DNA of 64,000 bases from Candidatus Poribacteria bacterium. Lineage in GTDB: Bacteria; Poribacteria; WGA-4E; WGA-3G. The position numbers were made by a program, and so were the translations under genes. Below, in pieces: positions 10,353 through 19,681 of the stretch. Location of the stretch: contig OZ244048.1 of the NCBI GenBank assembly GCA_965215265.1, positions 1,664,001 through 1,728,000 on the forward strand, read 5' to 3'. Position 1 is the stretch's first letter, and each line of letters opens with the position of its first letter. The notes beneath the pieces are model-generated. The model worked only from the letters and a program-made list of their open reading frames with translations, was not told the origin of the DNA and did no database searches.

Positions 10353-12215
10353 GTGCCTGTGTTTGGTATGGGCGGTGATTTACACGAATATAGCGATGAG
10401 GAGGAGCAGCTCGGTAAAGTCTACGACCGGGTGCTGATGAAACGCCTCCTCGCTTATCTCAAACCGTATTGGTTCCACCTCGTGCTAATCGTTTTTTTTA
10501 TGATAGGAAATACGCTGTCGCGTCTTGTTGGACCGTTTCTGATGCAAATCGCTATTGACCAGAACATTATGCCCGGGGTCTTAGAAGGCTTGGGGACAAT
10601 TGCCATGTTTATGATATTGGGGCTCGTCGGTGAATTTGTGTTTAGTTACTTTGAAGAGTACCGGATGCAAATGATCGGGCAGCACGTCATGCGGGATTTG
10701 CGGCAAACCCTCTTCTCACATTTGCAAATATTGGATGTACAGTACTTCGACAAAAACCCAGTAGGACGGTTGATGACACGCGTGATGGGGGATGTGCAAG
10801 TTCTCAATGAACTCTTTAGTTCAGGAGTCATTACGATTTTTGCGAATTTGTTGAATATTATCGGGATTATGGTAGTGATGCTGCTTTACAATTGGAAGTT
10901 GGCACTCGCAACGTTTACCGTGATCCCGGTGATCTTTGGTGTGACCTTAGTTTATCAGATCTATTCCCGCCGGGCTTTTCGCGAACAACGAAAGCAGTTG
11001 GCCCGTATTAACGCCTTCCTACAAGAAAATATCGTCGGGATGACGACGATGCAACTTTTTGCCCAAGAATACCGCAGCTACTTACGTTTTAACCAACGGA
11101 ACCGCAAGTATCTCGATGCCAACTTGCGCAGTATCTTCTATTTCTCTATTTTTCATCCACTCATTGAGGTGATGGCATCTCTCGCGACAGCAGTCATTAT
11201 CTGGTACGGCGGTGGACAGGTCGTCCAACAGGTGTTGACCTTCGGGGTGCTGGTTGCTTTCATCCGATACGCTGAGCGGTTTTTCTGGCCAATCCGCGAA
11301 TTGAGTGAGAAATATACCATCTTCCAGAACGCGATGGCATCCGCCGAACGTATTTTCCAATTGCTGGATACGCAGCCGACTATTGTTTCCACAAAAAATC
11401 AAAAAAATAGCGATGGTTTAAAAGGCGAAATTGAGTTCCGCAATGTCTGGTTTGCCTATAACGAGGAGGACTACGTTCTCCGGAATGTCTCGTTCACGGT
11501 GAGACCGGGTGAAAAGGTCGCGCTTGTCGGGCATACGGGTGCTGGGAAAACTTCTATTATCAACCTGCTTTGTCGATTTTATGAGACTAACAAGGGGCAA
11601 ATTTTGATTGATGGTGTCGATATACGAGAGATGAACCTCGAGGAATTACGTTCTGCAATTAGCATTGTTCAACAAAATATCTTTCTCTTTTCGGATTCAA
11701 TTGAACGGAATATCAGTCTAGGGAAGCCATCCATTTCCGCAGAGCAGATAGCACGCGCAGCAGAAGATGTCTATTTGGATCGGTTCTTTCAGATTTCCAA
11801 AGATGGGACTGTGCAAAATTCTGCAGGAACAGGCAACTCACTGCCTCACATCCACAGTACCTACATCAAAGAAGATGGTGCGGGCTTATCGGTTGGCCAA
11901 AAGCAGCTCGTTGCGTTTGCACGGGCGTTAGCCTCTGCACCGAACATTCTTATTTTGGACGAAGCGACTTCAAGTGTTGACACGGAGACTGAAATCTTAA
12001 TCGAGGATGCCCTGAGCTATCTGATGGAAAATCGGACATCTGTAGTGATTGCACACCGGCTTTCTACTATTCAAAATGCCGATAAGATTATTGTGATGCA
12101 TCGGGGTGAAATTCGAGAGGTCGGTACCCATACTGAGTTGTTAAAGCAGAACGGCATCTATTATCGCTTATATCAGTTGCAATATAAAGAACAAGAAACA
12201 TCGCGCGTCCGGTAG
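10353..12215 (+). CDS. Heterodimeric ABC exporter, permease/ATPase subunit (MdlB/YheH-like)
   Basis: Transmembrane domain plus GHTGAGKT, LSVGQKQ, ILDEATSS, IAHRLST. Confidence 0.9.
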   Translation: MPVFGMGGDLHEYSDEEEQLGKVYDRVLMKRLLAYLKPYWFHLVLIVFFMIGNTLSRLVGPFLMQIAIDQNIMPGVLEGLGTIAMFMILGLVGEFVFSYFEEYRMQMIGQHVMRDLRQTLFSHLQILDVQYFDKNPVGRLMTRVMGDVQVLNELFSSGVITIFANLLNIIGIMVVMLLYNWKLALATFTVIPVIFGVTLVYQIYSRRAFREQRKQLARINAFLQENIVGMTTMQLFAQEYRSYLRFNQRNRKYLDANLRSIFYFSIFHPLIEVMASLATAVIIWYGGGQVVQQVLTFGVLVAFIRYAERFFWPIRELSEKYTIFQNAMASAERIFQLLDTQPTIVSTKNQKNSDGLKGEIEFRNVWFAYNEEDYVLRNVSFTVRPGEKVALVGHTGAGKTSIINLLCRFYETNKGQILIDGVDIREMNLEELRSAISIVQQNIFLFSDSIERNISLGKPSISAEQIARAAEDVYLDRFFQISKDGTVQNSAGTGNSLPHIHSTYIKEDGAGLSVGQKQLVAFARALASAPNILILDEATSSVDTETEILIEDALSYLMENRTSVVIAHRLSTIQNADKIIVMHRGEIREVGTHTELLKQNGIYYRLYQLQYKEQETSRVR

Positions 12216-12313
12216 TTCGGTGGCGGCATGTTAAATCACGGCTACACTTCCGTCTCGAGCAACGATAAGGCAGGTTCCGCATGAATGCCTCCGTGCCTAT
12301 CCTGTCAGAGCCT

Positions 12314-13510
12314 TTAGCCTGCAATTATATCCCGAATCTGGTTTGTGTCAGCATCCTGACTCAAACGGGTGTTAACAATCAGTGTCAGTGCGCGTTGAAA
12401 TCTCACTTGTGGCTCACCCCATGCGTTCAAAAGGAGTTGGCTTTCAAGTTTTTCCGGCTGCGCCATTGCTTCTAAAAGCCGATGGATAACTGAAAGATAA
12501 AAGAGTAGGTGATGTGCATCTACCCGCGCTGCGATGTCATCGGAGTCAGCGGATGTGTATTGTCCTCCGTTTGCCGCATGTCTGATAACGGATTCAACAT
12601 ATCTTTTTACCAGTTTCCTATTTAACAGTGAGACAAAATTCGATCTTTCCATGAAAGCACCAATACTATTGAACATTTGAATCAAACGTCTCTCCTGCCA
12701 ATCCCAACCGATGCTTGCAAAATCGATAAAAACGGGTTTTCCACTGTTAATCACGATATTACGTGCGTTATAGTCAAGACTCCCTAATGTCGTAGGTGCA
12801 TTGAGTAAACGGTCAGAGAGTTTCTTCCAAGCAGTTTCGAGACGTTCAATTTGTGCTGTGGACATTGAAATGCCTCTCGCTTGTGTGAGATAGCCGACAG
12901 TTTTTTTTCCTTGTTCAAGTAAACGCCTCAACGTTTCGTGGCTGTTAAAACGGAATACATAAGGTTTTAGCTGCCTTGTCTGTTCTGCAAAACAGTTCTC
13001 AATTCTGCCTAATTCTTGGATTGCAGCGTGTAGGATTCGGTGGCTGGCTAGCTCTGAAATTGTCGTCGATTTTTGTCTCCTTTTTTTTGTATCAAGCGTC
13101 GGTTCGGTGTAGCCACCCCCTTTGTTGTCGATAGAGAGTGTGCTGAGATTTCCAGGACGTTGGGCGATAGCATCAAGCGTCAGTTCTCCGCACCCTTCCA
13201 ATAACAGTGTTTGAAAGGATTCAGATTTCCAAACAACTTTGGGAACATTACAGCCACAGCGGTGTAACATGGATAATACGGTGGATTCAATCTGAAAAGG
13301 CGTATAACTTCCACCTTTGCTAACGTGAAAAGTGGTATAATGTTGTTTAATGACGTAGTATTCGGTACCAATTCTCAAACGCCAGACGTTCTGTCTTTTC
13401 CGCGTTCCGTGCCGAATGGTTTCAATCTGCAGTGCATCCGGAGATGTTTTCAAGTACACAGCAATCTCTTCAAGCACCTGCTCCAGATTGTTTGTATTGG
13501 ACTCAACCAT
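12314..13510 (-). CDS. Phosphotransferase (APH/choline kinase-like) family protein
   Basis: YVIK, DYNARN (Brenner-like) and FIDF motifs. Confidence 0.65.
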   Translation of the reverse strand: MVESNTNNLEQVLEEIAVYLKTSPDALQIETIRHGTRKRQNVWRLRIGTEYYVIKQHYTTFHVSKGGSYTPFQIESTVLSMLHRCGCNVPKVVWKSESFQTLLLEGCGELTLDAIAQRPGNLSTLSIDNKGGGYTEPTLDTKKRRQKSTTISELASHRILHAAIQELGRIENCFAEQTRQLKPYVFRFNSHETLRRLLEQGKKTVGYLTQARGISMSTAQIERLETAWKKLSDRLLNAPTTLGSLDYNARNIVINSGKPVFIDFASIGWDWQERRLIQMFNSIGAFMERSNFVSLLNRKLVKRYVESVIRHAANGGQYTSADSDDIAARVDAHHLLFYLSVIHRLLEAMAQPEKLESQLLLNAWGEPQVRFQRALTLIVNTRLSQDADTNQIRDIIAG

Positions 13511-13693
13511 GTTTTTCTTTATTCTCTCGCTAGCGGCTTTCGCTATAACTCAGTAAAGTCTTTATCTTTCCTATAGTAGACGTTGAACGTCCCAGTTAGG
13601 TTGAAGTTCAAAAATTGGGCGCGGTTGGTGCATGCGACGTTAAGCCGATGTACTTGTGTCACTCAGATTTTAATCAGCATCAATAGAAAAAAC

Positions 13694-13722
13694 TTGCAAT
13701 TTGAAGATGACTGTGGTAAAAT
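13694..13722 (+). promoter_or_regulatory. Probable promoter of the rpsB-tsf operon
   Basis: TTGCAA-N17-TAAAAT with TG upstream of the -10 element. Confidence 0.55.
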
Positions 13723-13790
13723 ATTTATATCCATTCTAAAGTGGAACAAGAAGTATAAAGTGTACGCGCATGTGACGCGACATAAAGACG

Positions 13791-14161
13791 ACACACCTCC
13801 CGATTTGCACGGCGGGTTCTCTCATTCAGTTCTTCTGTCTGTTTCAGCATCTTAACGTCTTTACTTTAAGGTGATTTTGCAAGATAGGCTTGAAAGCTGC
13901 ACCTGCGACTCGTTAAAGGTTTTTGATGTAACTTCAGAAACAAGAACTTTGTATATAGGAGCACAACAATGATGATGTGATGTTTAACCTCGCACAAATC
14001 TCGTCGGAGCCTTTCGATGTATTGAATCTAAACATCGGAACCCTCCGACGAGATTCGAAAAGGATTTATCAAAACATCAGGCATTGATGTGCTAAAATAT
14101 ACGAATGATTCTAAATTTGAGAGTCCGATGCAGATGTGAAAGAGGTGGACGTAAAAACCCG
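13791..14161 (+). promoter_or_regulatory. rpsB (S2) autoregulatory leader-like RNA structure with an expanded loop
   Basis: The 5' arm ACACACCTC..TTTGCACGG-CGGGTT-CTCTCA pairs with the 3' arm TGAGAG-T-CCG-ATGCAGA..GAGGTG; the bulged GGGU can pair with AACCCG at 14156-14161. Confidence 0.55.
13946..14103. repeat. Modular ~61-bp dispersed repeat cluster
   Basis: TTTGTATA...GCACAAATCTCGTCGGAG...CTCCGACGAGATT...TATACGAA. Confidence 0.75.
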
Positions 14162-14317
14162 GTAGGCGCTGCTAAGGAAGAGAGTAGCAGAATAGGTAAG
14201 TTTACGAAACCTTTCAGGTGGGGAAGTGCTTCCCGCAAGCGGGGATGAATCCCCATCGTGAACTACCTTTTACCTGCCACCCACTGGGCAGTGCTTCTAT
14301 AAGTGCAGGAGGTTATT

Positions 14318-15211
14318 TTGGCTGTTACAATGAAAGATCTCCTTGAATGTGGAGTTCATTTCGGACACCAAACCCGTCGCTGGAATCCGAAGATGGCAGA
14401 GTACATCTTCGCGGAGCGAAACGGGATTTATATCATTGATTTGCAAAAGACATTACACATGCTGGAAACGGCCGTGGCGTTCGTACAAGACATCGCCTCA
14501 AAAGGCGGGGGAATCCTATTTGTTGGCACAAAACGGCAGTCGCAAGAGGCAGTGAAAGAAGAAGCAGAGCGATGCAGTATGTATTACGTGAATCACCGCT
14601 GGTTAGGTGGCATGCTCACCAATTTCCAAACGATTCGACGGAGCGTCAGCCGCCTCAAGAAGTTGGATGACGACGACACGAATGGGCTATTTGATCAGAT
14701 GCCGAAAAAAGAGGTGATGCGGCTGCGGCGGGAGCGCGGCAAGTTGGACAATAACCTCTGCGGGATAAAGGAGATGCACCAGCTGCCGCAGGTTATTTTT
14801 GTGACAGATACCCGCAAAGAGCATACCGCTATCGCTGAGGCCAATAAACTCGGCATTCCTATTATTGCTATTGTTGATACAAACTGCGATCCGGATCCCG
14901 TCCATCTACCTGTCCCCGGGAACGACGATGCCATCCGCTCAATTCGGCTTATCTGCAACGTTTTAGCGGATGCAGTGATTGAAGGACGTGGGGAAGCCTT
15001 AGAGGGCGAGGAAAGCATAGAAACGCCTGCGGATTCCGAGGTAGCCCCCCAGGTTGATCTTGTGCTAGAAACCGAACGTCATGAAGAGCAAGGGGCTGCG
15101 ATGCTGGATGAAACCGAACTATCCGCGGAACCAGAAGCAATCGGCGATGGCGACACACGTTCTAGTCGCACGCCACGCCCGCGGAGAAGAAGCAGGTCAA
15201 CTAAACGGTAA
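14318..15211 (+). CDS. rpsB: 30S ribosomal protein S2
   Basis: [35 protein letters not shown]; TTG start after AGGAGG. Confidence 0.98.
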   Translation: MAVTMKDLLECGVHFGHQTRRWNPKMAEYIFAERNGIYIIDLQKTLHMLETAVAFVQDIASKGGGILFVGTKRQSQEAVKEEAERCSMYYVNHRWLGGMLTNFQTIRRSVSRLKKLDDDDTNGLFDQMPKKEVMRLRRERGKLDNNLCGIKEMHQLPQVIFVTDTRKEHTAIAEANKLGIPIIAIVDTNCDPDPVHLPVPGNDDAIRSIRLICNVLADAVIEGRGEALEGEESIETPADSEVAPQVDLVLETERHEEQGAAMLDETELSAEPEAIGDGDTRSSRTPRPRRRSRSTKR

Positions 15212-15215
15212 CTAT

Positions 15216-15710
15216 TTTTATATATCTCAGTACCATCATCGCTTCTGCTTTGCTGGCTCGTGTGTAAATCTCGTCGGAGTTTTTCTATGCTATGATTCTA
15301 TACATCAGAACCCTCCTAGTGAGTGGCAGGTAATTTGTATGGTGCAGCCCCTAAACGGCTGATGTTGTGTTAATCACTGTGTAAATCTCGTCGGAGATTA
15401 TCTAGGTGATGATTCAATACATAAACGGTTCCCAGTGGGTTGGCAAGTTCGGTATTCTTGTCTCTCCTTGTAGGAGAGACAAAGATTACCTTATCTTGCC
15501 AGCTATAGATTTTGATAACCTTTGCATAAAACTCGTCAGAGCCTGCTTAGGTATCGTCTTTAAAGTCAAAACCTAAGGAATCTCCGAAGAGATTTACACG
15601 GTAATAAACATAACATCAGGCGTTATCGGGCTGAAATATACAAAAAAACGAGATTTACACCCGAACTATCAAAACATAGACGTTGATGGTACGGAGATAT
15701 ACGAAAAAAC
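15216..15710. repeat. Modular ~61-bp dispersed repeat cluster (rpsB-tsf gap)
   Basis: Several GTGTAAATCTCGTCGGAG / GAGATTTACAC and TATACGAAA ends in both orientations. Confidence 0.8.
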
Positions 15711-15727
15711 AAGATTGGAGTGGATTT

Positions 15728-16321
15728 ATGGCAATTACAGCAAAATTGGTGAGTGAGCTCCGTTCCCGCACAGGTGCAGGAATTATGGACTGCAAAAAGG
15801 CGTTAACAGAAACGAACGGGAACCTGGAAGAAGCGATTCAAAAATTACGTGAACAAGGTTTGAAAGCGTCCGAACTCAAAGGCGGACGTGCGACAAAAGA
15901 GGGATTAATCGTTTCCTATATCCATCCCGGAAATCGTGTTGGGGCCTTAGTTGAAATGAATTGTGAAACCGATTTCGTGGCGAGAACGGAGCAGTTCCAA
16001 AACTTGGCGAAAGAGATTGCGATGCAAATCGCCGCTGCCAAACCTAAATACGTTGACGTAGAGAATATACCGGATGATGAATTGGATGCAGAAAAAGCGA
16101 TTTTGAAAACACAAGCGGTGAAAGAGGGAAAACCCGAACATATCGCCGAGCGCATTGTAGCAGGACGACTCTCCAAATTCTATTCGGAGACATGCCTGCT
16201 GCATCAGCCCTACATTCGCGATACAGATAAAACCATCCAAGAACTGGTGAAGGATGCGATAGCACAACTCGGTGAGAATATCGTCGTTAAACGTTTTATG
16301 CTCTATGTTCTTGGGCAGTAA
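15728..16321 (+). CDS. tsf: Elongation factor Ts (short form)
   Basis: LRSRTGAGIMDCKKAL, EMNCETDFVAR; real start taken as the ATG at 15728 after GGAG. Confidence 0.97.
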   Translation: MAITAKLVSELRSRTGAGIMDCKKALTETNGNLEEAIQKLREQGLKASELKGGRATKEGLIVSYIHPGNRVGALVEMNCETDFVARTEQFQNLAKEIAMQIAAAKPKYVDVENIPDDELDAEKAILKTQAVKEGKPEHIAERIVAGRLSKFYSETCLLHQPYIRDTDKTIQELVKDAIAQLGENIVVKRFMLYVLGQ

Positions 16322-16350
16322 AGATTTTCATCTATTTCAGCACATCAACG

Positions 16351-16681
16351 CTTTTTCGTATACTGGAGCCCAACAACACCTGACGCATTGTTTTTTTTGT
16401 ATATCTCCGTACCATCAACGCTTATGTAATAATAACTCGTGTGTAAGGATTTAATATAGCAGCCGCCTTTATAGGGCTCCTGTATACGAAAGAACGAGAT
16501 TTGTAAGGGGGTTAACATTGCAGCAGGCTTTATTGGGCTCAATTAAGTAACTACGCTGATCAGTATGCAAAGCAGAGTTAACATTGCAGCAGGCTTTATT
16601 GGGCTCCTGTAGACGAAAGAACGAGATTTGTGCAAGGATATTCATTATAGCAGCATTTGTAGTGCTGCAGTATACGAAAAA
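16351..16681. repeat. Modular ~61-bp repeat array (tsf-frr gap)
   Basis: Tandem inverted units AACGAGATTTGT...GGGCTCCTGTA(T/G)ACGAAA; GTTAACATTGCAGCAGGCTTTATTGGGCTC occurs twice. Confidence 0.85.
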
Positions 16682-16693
16682 AGGGGAACTCCG

Positions 16694-17281
16694 ATGCAAC
16701 AGGTTCTTCAAGATGCCGAATCCAGGATGAAGAAAACAGTGGAGTCAACAGCGACAAAACTCTCGCACGTACAGACAGGACGTGCTACCTCTGCTCTTCT
16801 GGACCAGGTCACGGTCAATTACTATGGAAGTAAAAGCCCCTTGAATCAGGTAGGTACAGTCACCACACCGGAGCCACGTCTACTTGTTATTCAACCGTGG
16901 GACAAAACGTTAATCAAAGAAGTTGAGAAAGCGATTGCGCTTTCTGATTTGGGCTTCTCAACCAGCAACGATGGAAACGTCGTCCGAATCTTAGTGCCTG
17001 AGTTGACAACGGAACGCCGCACTGAACTCACCAAGGTCGTGCGTAAGTTAGCTGAAGAAGGGCGCGTCGCCATCCGGAACATTCGCCGAGATGCAAACGA
17101 AGCTATACGCAAGCTGGAAGGCGCAAACTCAAGCGGAAGCGGCAGAAAAAGTAGGGGCCGCAGCGGCGATAGGAAGAGTGGGAGATCCGATGCTGACCCT
17201 GTGCAACAGCTTACTGATAATTACATAGAGCAGATTAACCAACTTACCACATCTAAGGAATCAGAGTTGTTGGAAAATTAG
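16694..17281 (+). CDS. frr: Ribosome recycling factor
   Basis: TGRA, LLVIQPWDK, PELTTERR, RVAIRNIRRDAN. Confidence 0.95.
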   Translation: MQQVLQDAESRMKKTVESTATKLSHVQTGRATSALLDQVTVNYYGSKSPLNQVGTVTTPEPRLLVIQPWDKTLIKEVEKAIALSDLGFSTSNDGNVVRILVPELTTERRTELTKVVRKLAEEGRVAIRNIRRDANEAIRKLEGANSSGSGRKSRGRSGDRKSGRSDADPVQQLTDNYIEQINQLTTSKESELLEN

Positions 17282-17291
17282 AGGAACGCAA

Positions 17292-18224
17292 ATGGCCGAG
17301 CAGCATATCTACATCCCCGACAAAAAATTTTGGCGGCGAACCTTGAGTGTTATTATGCTGGTCCCATTAGTTCTCCTAATTATATATTTCGGGGATTGGC
17401 TTTATCTGCTGCTTGTGTCCGTGGTGGTATTAATGATGCAGATCGAGTACTGTCGACTGGCGCGGCATTTCAGTGGACATTTTAATGCCCGTTTAGAAGC
17501 CGCGCCTTACATGAATCCGGTAGTCCCTGGACTTCTAACGCTTGCTTTCTGTGCTTTAGCATATTTTGCTCCCGTTTTGCCACAAACAGCAAATGGAAAG
17601 GGCACTGCCGAACTCGTTCTATTTGGATGCTTTACCTTTGTACTTATCTATGTTTTCGCTGAAAGCATCTTCCGTGGAAAAGTTGAGGGAGAGTTGATAA
17701 CCGTTACCTTAAAGTTTACAGGGATTATTACCATCGGCTGGGCTTTAGGCTACCACCTCATCCTGTTACGAAATATCCATATAGAAGGGGCACCGGGCAC
17801 TAACACCGAGGTAGGTAGGAATCTCATATTTTTGCTCGCTGGCACCATTTGGTGCAGCGACACGGGGGCATACCTCATCGGGAGAATTGTCGGGAAGCAT
17901 AAATTGGGCACGCCGATTAGTCCGAGGAAAACGGTTGAAGGTACGATTGCGGGGTTAGTTTTGGGTACCTTGGTAGGTTTTGGACTTGGCGTGACCCTCC
18001 TGCGTGACACGCTCTCTTTGTTCAATGCTGCATTTATAGGCTTGCTATTGAGTGCTTTGGGACAACTCGGTGACCTGAGTGAATCGCTGATGAAACGGAC
18101 TGCAGGTGTTAAAGACTCGGGCGATGTCATCCCTGGACACGGTGGATTCCTTGACAGATGCGACAGCTTAATCTTTAGTGCCCCTGTTCTTTATTATTAT
18201 ATAGAATTTTTTCGTATATTATAG
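17292..18224 (+). CDS. cdsA: Phosphatidate cytidylyltransferase
   Basis: DTGAY, ISPRKTVEG, GDLSESLMKR..GVKDSG..IPGHGGFLDRCDS. Confidence 0.95.
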   Translation: MAEQHIYIPDKKFWRRTLSVIMLVPLVLLIIYFGDWLYLLLVSVVVLMMQIEYCRLARHFSGHFNARLEAAPYMNPVVPGLLTLAFCALAYFAPVLPQTANGKGTAELVLFGCFTFVLIYVFAESIFRGKVEGELITVTLKFTGIITIGWALGYHLILLRNIHIEGAPGTNTEVGRNLIFLLAGTIWCSDTGAYLIGRIVGKHKLGTPISPRKTVEGTIAGLVLGTLVGFGLGVTLLRDTLSLFNAAFIGLLLSALGQLGDLSESLMKRTAGVKDSGDVIPGHGGFLDRCDSLIFSAPVLYYYIEFFRIL

Positions 18225-18335
18225 CACGTCACAAGTTGCTGTAATCAACACCTTAGCACAAATCTCGTTCTTTCGTCTACAGGAGCCCGTTAAAGGCTGC
18301 CCACTGGGCGTTGACGGTACGGAGATATACAAAAA
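18209..18335. repeat. Modular ~61-bp repeat cluster (cdsA-dxr gap)
   Basis: TTTCGTATA..CACAAATCTCGTT, then TTTCGTCTACAGGAGCCC, then an inverted GTTGACGGTACGGAGATATACAAAA. Confidence 0.8.
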
Positions 18336-18338
18336 GAT

Positions 18339-19526
18339 ATGAAGCACATCGCGATTCTCGGTAGCACGGGTTCAATTGGGAAGAACGCGCTCAGCGTTAT
18401 TGAAATGCACTCAGAGGAATTTAACGTGGTGGGGCTCGCTGCAAACCGGGACGTTGATACACTTGAACAGCAGATTCGCACCCATCGTCCCAAGTTGGTT
18501 GCTCTGAATCAAGAAACCGCTGCGGTACATTTGCGCCAACGTATCCGCGACCTTAACGGTGTAGAAGTACTCGCCGGCACTGATGGGCTCAGGGCAGTCG
18601 CGACGATGAACGAAGCAGAGCAGGTATTAGAAGGAATAGGCGGAAGCACAGGTTTACTCCCTACATTGGCTGCTATAAACGCTGGAAAAGACATCGCCTT
18701 TGTTAACAAAGAGGTAATGGTAATGGGAGGGAAACTTGTCATAGACGCAGTCCAGACAAACGGAGTTAACTTAATTCCGATAGATGGGGAAATGAGTGCA
18801 ATTTTCCAGTGCTTAGAAGGACAACGGAATCGCCAAACCGACATCCATCGCCTCCTGATTACCGCATCCGGTGGCCCGTTTCGCGAAATGCCCAAAGAAG
18901 CACTCTATAGTGTAACACCACAACAGGCACTTAAACATCCTAATTGGGATATGGGGGCGAAAATTACAATCGACTCTGCGACTATGATGAACAAGGGACT
19001 TGAGGTTATTGAAGCCAAATGGTTGTTTGATGTCCCCCTCTCAAAAATCGATATTGTTATTCACCGGGAGAGTATTATCCATTCTATGGTTGAATGGACA
19101 GACGGCTCAACGCTCGCGCAGCTGGGGCCCACGGATATGCGCGTCATGATTCAATATGCTTTGAGTTATCCGCACAGACTCTCTACGCCTGTTCCGCGTT
19201 TAGAGTTGTGTGAGCTGCAAGCATTACACTTTGAACCGGTGGATAGTGAAAAATTTCCGTGCATTTCACTCGCCTATACTGCGGCGGAAGTCGGGGGGAC
19301 GCTTCCAGTTGTACTCAGCAGCGCGGACGAGGTAGTCGTCGACGCTTTTCTGGAAAATCGTATCGGATTTATGGATATTCCAACTATCCTACGAACCGTT
19401 ATGGATAAACATGTTGTGATTACACATCCAGACCTCGCTGATATCCTTGCTGTTGATGAGTGGGCAAAATCGGCAACACGTTTTTGTATATCTCAGCATC
19501 TTTCGTCTACAGGAGCCCAACAATGA
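18339..19526 (+). CDS. dxr: 1-deoxy-D-xylulose-5-phosphate reductoisomerase
   Basis: ILGSTGSIG, TASGGPFR, HPNWDMGAKITIDSATMMNKGLEVIEA. Confidence 0.97.
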   Translation: MKHIAILGSTGSIGKNALSVIEMHSEEFNVVGLAANRDVDTLEQQIRTHRPKLVALNQETAAVHLRQRIRDLNGVEVLAGTDGLRAVATMNEAEQVLEGIGGSTGLLPTLAAINAGKDIAFVNKEVMVMGGKLVIDAVQTNGVNLIPIDGEMSAIFQCLEGQRNRQTDIHRLLITASGGPFREMPKEALYSVTPQQALKHPNWDMGAKITIDSATMMNKGLEVIEAKWLFDVPLSKIDIVIHRESIIHSMVEWTDGSTLAQLGPTDMRVMIQYALSYPHRLSTPVPRLELCELQALHFEPVDSEKFPCISLAYTAAEVGGTLPVVLSSADEVVVDAFLENRIGFMDIPTILRTVMDKHVVITHPDLADILAVDEWAKSATRFCISQHLSSTGAQQ

Positions 19527-19680
19527 TTGATGTAATGTTTAGTCCTTTTTTCGTCTACAGGAGCCCAATACGGATTCATGTGGCAGGATAGGTATTCTTT
19601 GTCTCATGGCAAGAAAACCGAACCTGCGAACACACAAGTTATCAATACATAAATGTTGATGGTACGGAGATATACAAGAA
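19480..19680. repeat. Modular repeat cluster overlapping the dxr 3' end
   Basis: TTTCGTCTACAGGAGCCCAA twice, plus an inverted TGTTGATGGTACGGAGATATAC. Confidence 0.8.
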
Positions 19681-19681
19681 A

